A stretch of 64,000 nt of DNA from Mytilus edulis (taxonomy: Eukaryota), in contig NC_092345.1 in NCBI RefSeq assembly GCF_963676685.1, positions 52,514,001-52,578,000 on the forward strand, written 5' to 3'. Position numbers and translations under genes: made by a program. Shown here piece by piece: positions 1 to 10,683 of the stretch (its first letter is position 1; each line of letters opens with the position of its first letter). Under the pieces are notes generated by a model. It was not told the DNA's origin. It ran no database searches and saw nothing but the letters and a program-made list of their open reading frames with translations.

Positions 1-702
1 TCACGTGATATGCCACTTTCTCAAGACGTTATACGGGATAGCCGAGTTGTTTATAAACATTTCTGCACGATATGTCAATAATTTTCCTGTCTTTCTTTGA
101 CAGTTCTTTTCTCCATTTTACTGCTGTCGCATACCCATCTGATCGGAAAGCGGAATTCCATATTTTATCCTCCTTTTCACTTCTATTTCCCATCTTAGAA
201 ATAAAATTTTGATATTCTTTTGATACGTTGACATCTAAAAATTTGAATAAATGTCTTGCGCTTTTCAGTGGATATTTGGCTACAGCTTCGTATGCTACAG
301 TGAATATTCTTTCAGGGTATTTTTCCTTTAAATCAAATATGTTTTTCGAATCAATATCCATTTTTTTACAAACGGCAAAAGCTATATCTTCAGTTGTATT
401 AAAATCTTTCCACGCCCCCGCAGATGCGTGAACAGGGACTTTTATTCTTGAATTAATAATGCCCCTTGGATCCCTGTATAAATATATCACTTTAAGCTTT
501 GAGTTCTTAACTAATAAATGTTCCACTAAGTCTCCTGCAATACGCAAAACTTTGGCTAATCGAAGTTGCGACCGGAGACAATGCATTTGACGAGTCTCTT
601 TCCGGTTCCATTTCTTACCTCCGAAAATTCGCTGCCACTGCCTGGTTCCATTCAATACACTATCTGCACACTGATACACTAATGTTATTTGATCTAAATA
701 TT

Positions 703-2725
703 CAGGGGCGTAGCTAGGCAATTTTGATGTGTACGCAATGCCGGAGAAGGAAGTCTTGCGACAGGGGGTCTGGGGGCCACTCAAGAAGCTCTGGGGGTAA
801 ATGGTGCAAAATCCTGCATTCTCGCAATTTCCGAGGACTTAAAATGACCTCATAGAAATCTTACTTTTAGGAGAAACAAGTCAAACTTTGAAATAAATAA
901 TCAGAGAAAAACAAAGAAACCCGTACTGTTGGCTTAACAATTTGTTTTTTTCCCTTATGTGTAGTGGGTTAAAATGGCTTGATTAGGTATATTTTATTTG
1001 TTACCTAATCATGCTGAACCCACTTTACATTAGAAAACAAACTAATTTCTAAGCCAACACTGTGCAACTTAAATGGTATTTTTTTTTATTGAGAAAATAC
1101 ATAAATAACAAGAATGTGTCCCCAGTACACGAATGCCCCACTCGCTCTATCATTTTCTATGTTCAGTGGACCGTTAAATTGGGGTAAACCCTCTAATTTG
1201 GCATTAAAATTAAAAAGATCATATCATAGGGAACATGTATACTAAGTTTGAAGTCGATTGGACTTCAACTTCATCAAAAACTACCTTGACCAAAAACTTT
1301 AACCTGAAGCGGGACAGACGGACGAACGAACGGACGGACGAACGAACGGACGGACGAACGAATGGACGGACGAACGAACGGACGCACAGACCAGAAAACA
1401 TAATGCCCCTCTACTATCGTAGGTGGGGCATAAAAATTCGAATCACATATATCTTTATGTTTTATTTTATGAGTGAACAAGCAGTGTTTTTCAGCTTTTG
1501 TTTTTCTCTCAAAGTTAATTCTGAAAAATCAATGCCCATTTCCTTTCTTTTTTTCTACTAAAGATGTCCAAAACCGTGCCTGCTTTAAAAAAAATTCTCG
1601 GTATATGTTCAAAAGACCGAGTTCAGATAAACGATTCGTTTTCATTGTATTTCTCAAGTAGGTCTTCACTCTTCTCATGGTACTAAAAGACCGTTCTGCC
1701 GTTGCAATCGAGACCGGCATACGACGGACGGACAGACGGATGCACAGACCAGAAAGCACAATGCCAATCTATTGTCGTAGGTAGGGCATAACAAAATCAA
1801 ATCATTTTTTTTTGTCTGCCTACTTCCCGAAAAAAAAGTGTTTTTTTATTCAAATTAGGATTACGGAAAACCAAAACTTTAATACTGAAAGCATGGAAAT
1901 ACGCACATTTATTTAAATTTATTATCGTAGGTAGGGCATAACAAAATCAAATCATTTTTTTTTTGTTCAACAATATTAAATAAAATTTAAGATAAAATTC
2001 AAAAAATTTGCTAGTTAGTAAAGGTTAAAAAGGGTAGTAAAGGGTGGGGTTGGGATGGTGGATCAGCCTACTTCGCGATTTCTTTTATTCAAATTAGGAT
2101 TACGGAAAACCAAAACTTTAAAACTGAAAGCATGGAAAATACGCACTTTTATTTAAATTTGGGAACATGTAACTTGTTGAACGAAAAAGGCACCCGTCTT
2201 GCACTAAAATTAAAAAAAGTGAAAACACGTTGAACGTCAAATGAAAAAAAAGGTGAATACAGTTGCACGAAAATTACCCTTTACCACCCCCGTTAAACTT
2301 AAGTTGGACTAGACTGTTTAAGACTTATACATACCTCATAGGAAATTCATAAGAATGAATTGATGTCCATGGTCTCTTAAGAATGTCATATTTTATTTCA
2401 TCAGTTATTTTGGAATCTTCAGAAAAGATGTCAGGGTAAGGAGGCATAGAAGACGTAACAATTGTGTTTTGACACACGGAGGACTTAGCCATTTTAATTT
2501 TTTTGCATCAGCAACATAATTACGATGCTGGTTTCGTAAATGAAAAGGGAAGACTAGTTTTCGGAACGGAATATAGCTACAAAGTGATCATTAACATATT
2601 TGTGTATTTTTTTATTAACTTCATCACTTTAGTTTTGTTCTTACTAGATTTACCATATTTTTATTTTTGTGAAATTTTCGATGTGTACGCAACTGCGTTT
2701 TTGCGTACGGGTTGCTACGCGCCTG
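703..2725 (-). mobile_element. Non-autonomous hAT-derived DNA transposon (5-bp TSD, hAT5-like) with a transposase dimerisation-domain remnant
   Basis: TIRs are CAGGGGCGTAGCTA (703) and the reverse complement of CAGGCGCGTAGCAA (ending 2725). TSD ATATT at 698-702 and 2726-2730. An internal minus-strand remnant at about 1590-1720 (MPVSIATAERSFSTMRRVKTYLRNTMKTNRLSELGLLNIYRE) matches the hAT C-terminal dimerisation motif. Confidence 0.85.
1107..1436 (+). mobile_element. Helentron/HINE (DINE-1-like) non-autonomous element nested in the hAT element
   Basis: Begins AACAAGAATGTGTCC, carries an internal (GACG/GAAC) tetranucleotide microsatellite at 1311-1385, and ends in the hairpin ATGCCCC...GGGGCAT followed by an A-run. 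The same family occurs inverted at about 5610-5933 and 28077-28369, with a partial 3' end at about 1722-1792. Confidence 0.7.
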
Positions 2726-5609
2726 ATATTTATTCATAATATTCGTGTTAACCGGCCTGAAAAAAATATAGAAAACGTGTTTATGACATTCGAAAAAAAA
2801 GGGAAATTATAAAAGCACAAGCTTTGCCCGAAATTAAATTGATTTCAACAGGAAGATATTAATCTCAAATTACACAGTTAAAGTTAAATTGTTTTGAGCG
2901 AATTTTTCGCTAACGCTCAGGATAAAATTCGAATATCACGGCCCAGGCCATGTGTAAATTTCCAACAATATATGGCTTCCATGAATTATTTCTTAATTTA
3001 TAATATTTACCACACCACATTCTTTTGACAAGATAAAAGTGTTTGTATTTTTCTTAGCAATCTCTACCTTTGTTTTTTTTTGTAACTGAAAGCGTTAATA
3101 ACCAACACTGTTATTAACTTAAAAAATACCACAAATAGGTCTAACAGTGTAACTTTGTCTTTCCTACCTGCAAGAGGGGGTATTGAATTCACACACCGAT
3201 CCATTTCTGCAGTATTGGTGACGTGTTTCTTCGTCGAACAGAGGTTCGTAGAAATAAAACGAATTCTTATGATGTCCAAGCATGTGACCTACGTACGTTG
3301 ATCCTCCTCGTGCATATGCTAATAACATCACGTCACTTTTCTCATCTAAATTCTTTTCTATGAAAGGTGTTTCGTATATTCTTTTTTCTGGCATTCCAAC
3401 TTTCTGGAAATTCTTGAATGCTATAACGCTTTTTGTCCTTGATGAATTGTATGAAATGACGTCTACATATAAATTGAAAATATTATCTGAAATATAACAG
3501 CTTGACACTTAGTATGAGGAATATAGAACTTACTACATATACATGTCAATCTAATTAAAAACCGATCTCTCATCGCTCCCGTTTTCTGATAAATTAAATC
3601 ACAAAAATTAGTTGGGAACGTGCTACGAAAAAAATGCTACTATCGATAAGACTTCGAGGTTCAACATTGAATGCAGATAATATGTAGCTACGATGTCTTA
3701 TATCATACATTATTTATAATAGCTAGGGTTTATTACATTCATTATTAAAACAAAGTAAAGAAGTGTGAATAAAACAATCAAAGTACTGAAGTACTGAACA
3801 TCGAATGATCTCAAGCTCTGGTGGATGTCGCAAGTACTCGTTTAAGAAAATAAACATAATATCTCTATACCTGGTAGTAAGGTTGAAGTACATAGACATA
3901 TGTTTTATGAGACTAATTCCTGCGTGGATGATGTTAAATGAGAGGAAAGTATACCTCACCGTATAACTATAACTTTAATATTGTAGTGGTATAATCATTT
4001 GTTATTTATCCTTATTTATTTAGTAAATTACTACACAACATACGACAAGGAAAGATATTTTGCACTCGATTATATCCGCGAAATTATACAAAATACGTTA
4101 TATGTAATCAGACAAAAGCTCAAGGGACCTGCGCTGAATTTTCTGTGGCAACATAAAACCAATATGACCTCTCAAGGCCACATCTGATGAAAAAAGGATA
4201 AACGCTATGTGTCCAACAGATATTATTTAAAAACAATTGTGGAAACATTAAAATTTTGTGCATGTACAAAGGGATCTTAGTGACAGTTTGATTTACAAAA
4301 CATATAGCAAATGAATACCGGATGCCACTTACATGACAGTGAATTCATCTATATACAGTCTAGGAATAATATTTAGATTGAAAGAAGAAATATTTACAAG
4401 GTGTACCGTAGTAGCATTGATACTAACCAGATTCCATGAGTATAAACAGTAAAATGAAAAAAATCCTAAAAATATACTTGTGCCGCATCCATGGCGTCAT
4501 TTCTGAAAGGAAATAAATTTGTATTAAAAAATTAAGTATAATTTACAAGCCGGTCTGTTTTTTAATATTTTTATGGTCCGCTGAACTAAAATAAACTAAC
4601 ACATGTTCATTTGATGATGCAGGTCACAGATGTGACACTTTATGTTTCAAAATCAATCATAAAAATATACATCTATAACTATAATTAAATGTACATACAT
4701 TACATTATAAGTACCATAGATGATACATATAAGAAATGAATTTTGTTTAAGTTATGCGTTTTTAGGATCCACCAGAAAAGCTTGTCGTCAAGTACTTTTA
4801 TTAAACATGATTTGTATTCGAACACACCTACTCTGTTGTTATGACTCATTAGAACGGTATTTCACTTGACCCAATTAATCTTTTAGTGTTATTTTTTTTT
4901 TTAATGTTATTGCTTCAACCAGCAGTCTGAATATATATATATATATAAACAAAAATATAATCTTAAGAGTGATGATGTAGCAAATAGTTTTCTTTTATAC
5001 GTTTTCACATCAAAATAGTCTGCTCAAACACGCCTGAATCTAGAAATATAAAAGTGTACTCGACTTTCTCTTTTCGGTTAATTTATTGACATTTTGCCGG
5101 AGGCAGAGTGCAAAAGATAATTCTGTTATCACGGGTAGTAAGGTCGTCATATCGAGGAGCGTTTAGTACAGTGATTTTGTCATAATTTGGTTAAGTTGGT
5201 CATGGATAAGTTATGTTATTTCCCAAAACAATTGCCTCAGTTCTTCTCAAATGAGCAAATAAAAAGCAAATTAAATGTTTGAATCTATATTGTAAGTCAA
5301 ACTATCTGAATTGAAATTGTTGTTTTTAAGAACTTAACGCAGGATAAGCAAAATATCTAAATTGGTATTGTTTGGTTAAGCGATTGACATGGTTCAGTTA
5401 TGGTTCTAGAAATTCGTCATGGTTTTGGTTACATTTGTCATGGTTTGGATCCAAATGAATACATATGTGTGGCACCTTAATTTTGAAAGATTGTTTGAAG
5501 GCGATTATTAAAAATTAAAGTAACACAATTAACTAATTAACTAAAGAGGAAAAAAAGTCTTTTGACCAAATTTGGTGGGCATAAACGGTAAATCGTACAT
5601 TTATATATT

Positions 5610-5933
5610 TGTGTACCCCGCGTAACGCATTGCGGGGTTAAGTAAAATATCAGGCGGGCGTCCGTTCTTCCGTCTGTCCGTCTGTGCGTCCGTTCGTCCA
5701 TCCATCTGTCCGTCCGTCTGTCCACCTTCTGGTTAAAGTTTTTGGTCGAGGTAGTTTTTGATGAAGTTGAAGTCCAACCAACTTAAAACTTAGTACACAT
5801 GTTCCCTATGAAAATTAATGATCTTTTCAATTCTAATGCCAAATTTGAGATTTTACCCCATTTTCACGGTCCACTGAATATAGAAAATGATACTGCGGAT
5901 GGAGCATCTGTGTACTATGGACACATTCTTGTT
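5610..5933 (-). mobile_element. Helentron/HINE-like element, same family as 1107..1436
   Basis: Inverted copy with a (CGTC/TGTC) microsatellite at 5658-5722, the shared body GGTCGAGGTAGTTTTTGATGAAGTTGAAGTCC, and the terminus ACACATTCTTGTT. Confidence 0.7.
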
Positions 5934-6279
5934 TAGTTATAGTTTTGGCTAGTTCGACACTAAGGGAGATAACAACGTTTTACTGATGTTGAGGCCGTGT
6001 CCAGAGCATTTTGTCCATACCATATCGTAGTAGCTGCACATGTAACCTGCATATCATACATGTGTAACAGCGTAGAACCAAATTTTATGAAAATTAAATC
6101 ATATGTTGATATTATCAATGTTTTGGACTGATTTGAAAATTAGTACCGAAAGATTATTTTTTACTATCTAACGAATATGCAAGTTTTCAGCAATACACTA
6201 ATATTGATACTTAATAAAATAAATGAATCCACAGTATTCTGTATGACATTGTATAAAGTCTGTGATGCACTGGCTGTCG

Positions 6280-7640
6280 TTTTTATACGACCGCCAAAAA
6301 AATTTGGGATCGTATAATGGTTTGATGTTGTCTGCATCGTCGTCCGAAGACATACTTGGTTTCCGGACTATAACTTTAGTTTACGTGAATGGATTTCTTT
6401 GAAATTTAATAAGAAGGTTCACTCACGAAAGGAAGGTTGGGATTGATTTTGGGGATGATGGTTCCAATTGTTTAGGAATTAGGGGCTCAAAACAAGCATT
6501 TTTTTACTTTCAGGATACGAACTTGTGTATATTAAGTATTCCAATTGATCTGAAATTGTACAACAATCTCAAATACCAAAAGTATAAGGTTTTTTATTCA
6601 TTTAAGGGGTTATGGTGCAAACAGTTTTGGTATTAAGGGCCAGAAAACAAGCATTTTTGTAGTTTCTGGACAATTACTTGTGTTTAAATGTATGGATCTC
6701 TCTGACATTGTCCACAAGGTTCCATATTACAAAAGGAAGGCTGTGATTGATATCATCAGATTATTACATGGCATTTTTCATATCGCATGTATTATCAGCC
6801 CTAGGTTCAATATCAGCCCAAGAGCCGCATGGTTCGAGTGCTGATATTGACCGAGGGCTGATATAACATGCGATATGAAAAATGGCATGTTATGATCTTT
6901 TTATCATATATGCTTCAACAGTAGAGAAAAAGAAGTTCAAAGAGTAAAAAAGATCACGGACGTCAGACCCAAAATTTGATACATTCAATATGAAATCGTT
7001 CTATCATATGCCTCAACAGAGAAAAAAAAACATTTTAATACGGACGAATCGACAAAACAATAATTCAACAATATACACAATGAACATTGTTTGGAAAAGT
7101 CAACTTCTGTTAAAGTAACTTTCTAAATTATGTTTCAGAAAAACTTAAAAAATGCATTTATTTAATAATTTGTTTGTTTTTTTTTTTAATTTTTTTAAAT
7201 TTTATTATTTTACACAATATACTTTCCAGTATTTAATAACTGTTGTGTACACTACTTTGTAATGTTTTTCACTTAAAACGTAGCTTTGAGGTGTATTTTC
7301 CGGAATTTGCCGAGTATCACCGAAATGCCATGTGATAACGTTACGGAAAGACATGTGATAACAATCGAAGCATGTGATAAACTTTTCATATCAGCCCGCT
7401 AAGCACCAATTCGAAAAATACCTTTAATAATGTAATGATATTATCATACGGTAAAAATCATATGTTATTTAGTCTAAGTATATGATAATGGGAGTTATTG
7501 CCCCATTCATGCGGGAATAAGTGGCCAAAAAAGGGCCAAAACAACCATTTTTAAGTTAAGTGTATGGATCTCTTTGAAATTGTACTACAAGGTTCCATAC
7601 TCAAAGGAAAGGCTGGGAATTAGTGTGGGGGTAATTGATC
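6280..7640. mobile_element. Second HINE-like element with diverged internal tandem units, interrupted by a hairpin element at 6751..7487
   Basis: Starts TTTTATACGACCG...GGGATCGTATAATGG. Repeated units contain TATGGATCTCT...ACAAGGTTCCATA...AAAGGAAGGCTG.GATT at about 6390, 6545, 6690 and 7565. The third unit is split by the 6751..7487 insertion. Confidence 0.55.
6751..7487. mobile_element. Long-hairpin (palindromic) non-autonomous element, possibly Crypton-derived
   Basis: About 135-nt imperfect palindrome at 6760-6895 (CATGGCATTTTTCATATCGCATG...CATGCGATATGAAAAATGGCATG). The tail is bracketed by TTATCATATA / TATATGATAA and contains three CATGTGATAA motifs at 7329-7380. Confidence 0.6.
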
Positions 7641-10600
7641 CAAGGGTTTTTGGAATTTGCTATATTTGTAATTCATTAATATATTACTCAAGTCATTTCT
7701 TTATACGTGCTTGTTTTATAATAATGATAATTAAAACGATAATATCTGAGCTTAACTGTAGTCGACTCATTTTTTCGAGCGGTGCATTTTTTCGAATAGA
7801 AGATTATTGTTAATATGTTAAAACTCAGTTCTACTCATCTGGGAACAAAACAACAACTAAGAATATAGCGACACTATATTGACTCAAAATAGGATAGAAT
7901 GGGCTTAACGCAAAAAAAAAATGTTTAACAGTATTTTAATAGTTGTACGCCTGTTTATTTTGATCGTAACACTTCCATCATTCACGACAGGAATCACATT
8001 ACTGAACCATGCCGAACATGAACTAAACCATGACACTAATGAACCAAACCATGACATTCTGTAATCTTTAATTGTGTGCAAATGTAGGTTTCTTGAGGAA
8101 TAATTGACGGCTGATTTATACCATAACGAAATATCGATGTAATAGACAGTAAAGAAATAACTGTACTTTATGCATTATAAACGAACAACAACTTATAATT
8201 TTTGACATACGCAAGCATTATTCTGTGTCAAATTATAACTATATGATGAAAAATTCAATATACCAACATATTAGCAATAAACAAACTTTTAAGATACTTA
8301 CCAGCTGGAATTTATGTTCAAAGGTTCCTTTAGCGAAAAATCCGAATGTTTATATTGTGTCATTGATTGTCATTAAAACTCTTAACACAACCATGTCTAC
8401 ATTGTAACTTAACCAAACTATGACAAAATCACTGTACAGCCTTCGATATGACGACCTTACTACCCGTGGTTATCCTTCTTTGGAAATATTTTTCGGCGGA
8501 ATTTATGCTTAATATGCACAAAAAGATCCACGTGAATTTGCACCTTCCACAATTGACTCTTTTTGTGAAAATGTGTCCATAATTAAGAACTGTACAAATA
8601 TCTCGAAACTTTATTCAAATTTGTTCTGTTGTTTGTGTCATCCGAGAGACTCCGAAATTCGAAAAAATAACAAGTTCTAACTTAGATGGAAAGTTTGATG
8701 AACTCAAGTTATAGTACATGAAGTTTCTGCTTCAAAATTTAGTAACTAACATGCTACATGTAAATATGAACCAATCAAATACTAAAACTAAGGATATATG
8801 CATCCGAACACTTTCCTTACAATGGTGGAGCTCCGATTAAATCACAAAAAAACATTGAAAAAAAAAAAAACAAATTAATCGTTGCAGTTGCTACCACAAT
8901 TTACAGTCATGTTTCTTTTCTGATGTATAGTCCTACCTGTCTGAAAGTTTTGAATCCGTTATCCTAGTAGACATTCAGATAAATTCATAATATCAATGTC
9001 TGATATTTTATTGACTGTATATCGCTAGTTTACTGTAGAATCATTTAAGTTCAAACACGCCTAAACCTAAAAAGGTGTACTCGACTTTCTCTTTTCTATT
9101 AGATTATTGACAATTTTGGGGATTTAAAAAAAAAACTGTAACGGGGCAGAAATGCTAATGTATGCTTTAAAAAGGCAAATTTATGCACAAAAAAGATCCA
9201 CGTGAATTTGCATCAACCACAATCGACTGTTTTGTAAAACTTTGTCTATAAATTTGAATTAAATAAATATTTCGAAGCTCAATTCAATAATTTGAGTAAA
9301 AACACACATATAAGATGCATAAAATCCTAAATAAGGCACACTCATTCAACTTTTAAAGCCCATTGAAACAGATGGTAACACTTAAAATTTACCAACTTCG
9401 CCTATTTACCTTCTCTGACATAGAGTTCAGTGGTTGTCGTTTGTTGATGTGTTACATATTTGATTCACTCATAGGGTGTTTGCATCGGAAGTAAAACATT
9501 TATTCTAAAAAACAGTTGTTAGCATGATACGGGTTATGTTCTTCTCATATATTTTATGATGGTAGGATGCTAAACATCAAACGGGTGGAATTGCGCTTGA
9601 TTTTCATATGATGAAGACATAATCTTTCAATCAGTTTTCTTTTGTTATCTTTTCTGACATCAGACTGGAACTTCTTTTAAACTAAGTTTTACTGTGCGTT
9701 ATGTTGTGTTACTAAATATTCCACATTGGCTAGAGGTATAAGGGGAGTGCTGATCGAGATCTCACAAATTATGTTTAACCACACCGCATGTTGGCGCTTG
9801 TCCGAAGTCAGGAGCCTCTGACCTCTTCTTCAACTAGTCAGGAATAGATAGAGAATACTACTAGAATCATTTTCATAATAGCGTGAACAACCGCAATACT
9901 AAGTCGGTAATTATACATGTACTGAATCAGTTACCTTGAACTTGTTTGTCATCGGCTATCGATAATATTAATTGTACGGTCACTCAGTCTGTCAGGGGCC
10001 TTCTAATGGCGATTTAAATAGGAGAAAAGAGTAAAGTACATGCAGGTGCACGAAAAGAAAAAAAAGAAAATTCAAGTATTAAAGATTTAAATCAACACAC
10101 TAGGTTTATTCCTCTGCTAGTAATTCGTATTGATTGATTCAGACATTTAGAACCTTGGACGCCACACAGTTAGCATGTCTTTAACACGCACAATATGACA
10201 AATAGGTGTTACAGACGAACTAATCTGACCCAGTCAATTATTGATAACCTGAGCACGCCCAGAAATGGTCTTGTCCACGCTGTAATGAAAATGAAATCTG
10301 TCTGGTACCAGAAGAAGAGGCACCAATAACTTCAGATATTTTAGATCAAGAAATGTACCTAATTTAATTCTTATAATGAAAGAATATGTTTTCTTATATT
10401 TTCAAATATTATAATTATATTATAACTTTGAATACACAAGATCATAGTGTAGCTGACGAGGTTATGAACGAATCTGTTAATTACAAGTAGTTATTTCATT
10501 TATTAAAACGATTTCACATTTGGCTACATAATATAGGATTGTTTCCTATTGTAAAAATGATAATAACAAAAACCATAACATGTAAGTACATTTTACATAA

Positions 10601-10683
10601 AAATTTTGATTTTAAAAATTTTCTCGGAAGTTCTTATGACAAATGCTGATAAACGCTGCATCTTTCTACTATTAAGATTCCAA

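Larger units (their letters stand above)
29..3573 (-). pseudogene. Carbohydrate (Gal/GlcNAc-6-O type) sulfotransferase-like gene, disrupted by a transposon insertion; probable pseudogene or null allele
   Basis: Exon A (3486..3168, donor AG|GTAG) encodes a 5'-PAPS-binding-like motif VMLLAYARGGSTYVGHML...FYFYEPLF. Exon B starts at acceptor ttttcag|G at 2756, runs to 2726, is interrupted by the 703..2725 element, and resumes at 697..29 with the 3'-PAPS motif KVIYLYRDPRGIINSR. Removing the element and one ATATT copy restores the frame: SCR-PVNTNIMNKYLDQITLVYQC. The putative ATG at 3573 is out of frame with the catalytic exon unless a 47-nt intron is spliced. Confidence 0.8.
5130..8468. mobile_element. 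Non-autonomous TIR DNA transposon with CAC...GTG termini and 5-bp TSD (Transib/RAG-like or Chapaev-related), carrying nested repeats
   Basis: The first 26 nt CACGGGTAGTAAGGTCGTCATATCGA are perfectly inverted at both ends, with a second shared block GTACAGTGATTTTGTCATA. TSD GTTAT at 5125-5129 and 8469-8473. Subterminal GTCATGGTT/AACCATGAC repeats occur at about 5380-5445 and 8005-8055. No transposase ORF is present. Confidence 0.8.

Noticed and set aside
703-784. N-terminal about 27 aa (MSGPQTPCRK...) of the 251-aa ORF as the real sulfotransferase start
   Set aside because: It is read from the hAT element's terminal sequence; the true upstream coding sequence lies at 2726-2756 and 3168-3486.
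1219-1561. Overlapping ORFs rich in RTDGRT / SVRPSV
   Set aside because: They are translations of the HINE tetranucleotide microsatellite; the same applies to 5537..5725 and 27945..28169.
10453-10475. CTGACGA...CGAA hammerhead-like core
   Set aside because: GAAT replaces GAAA, stem II is imperfect, and no stem I or stem III pairing is present.
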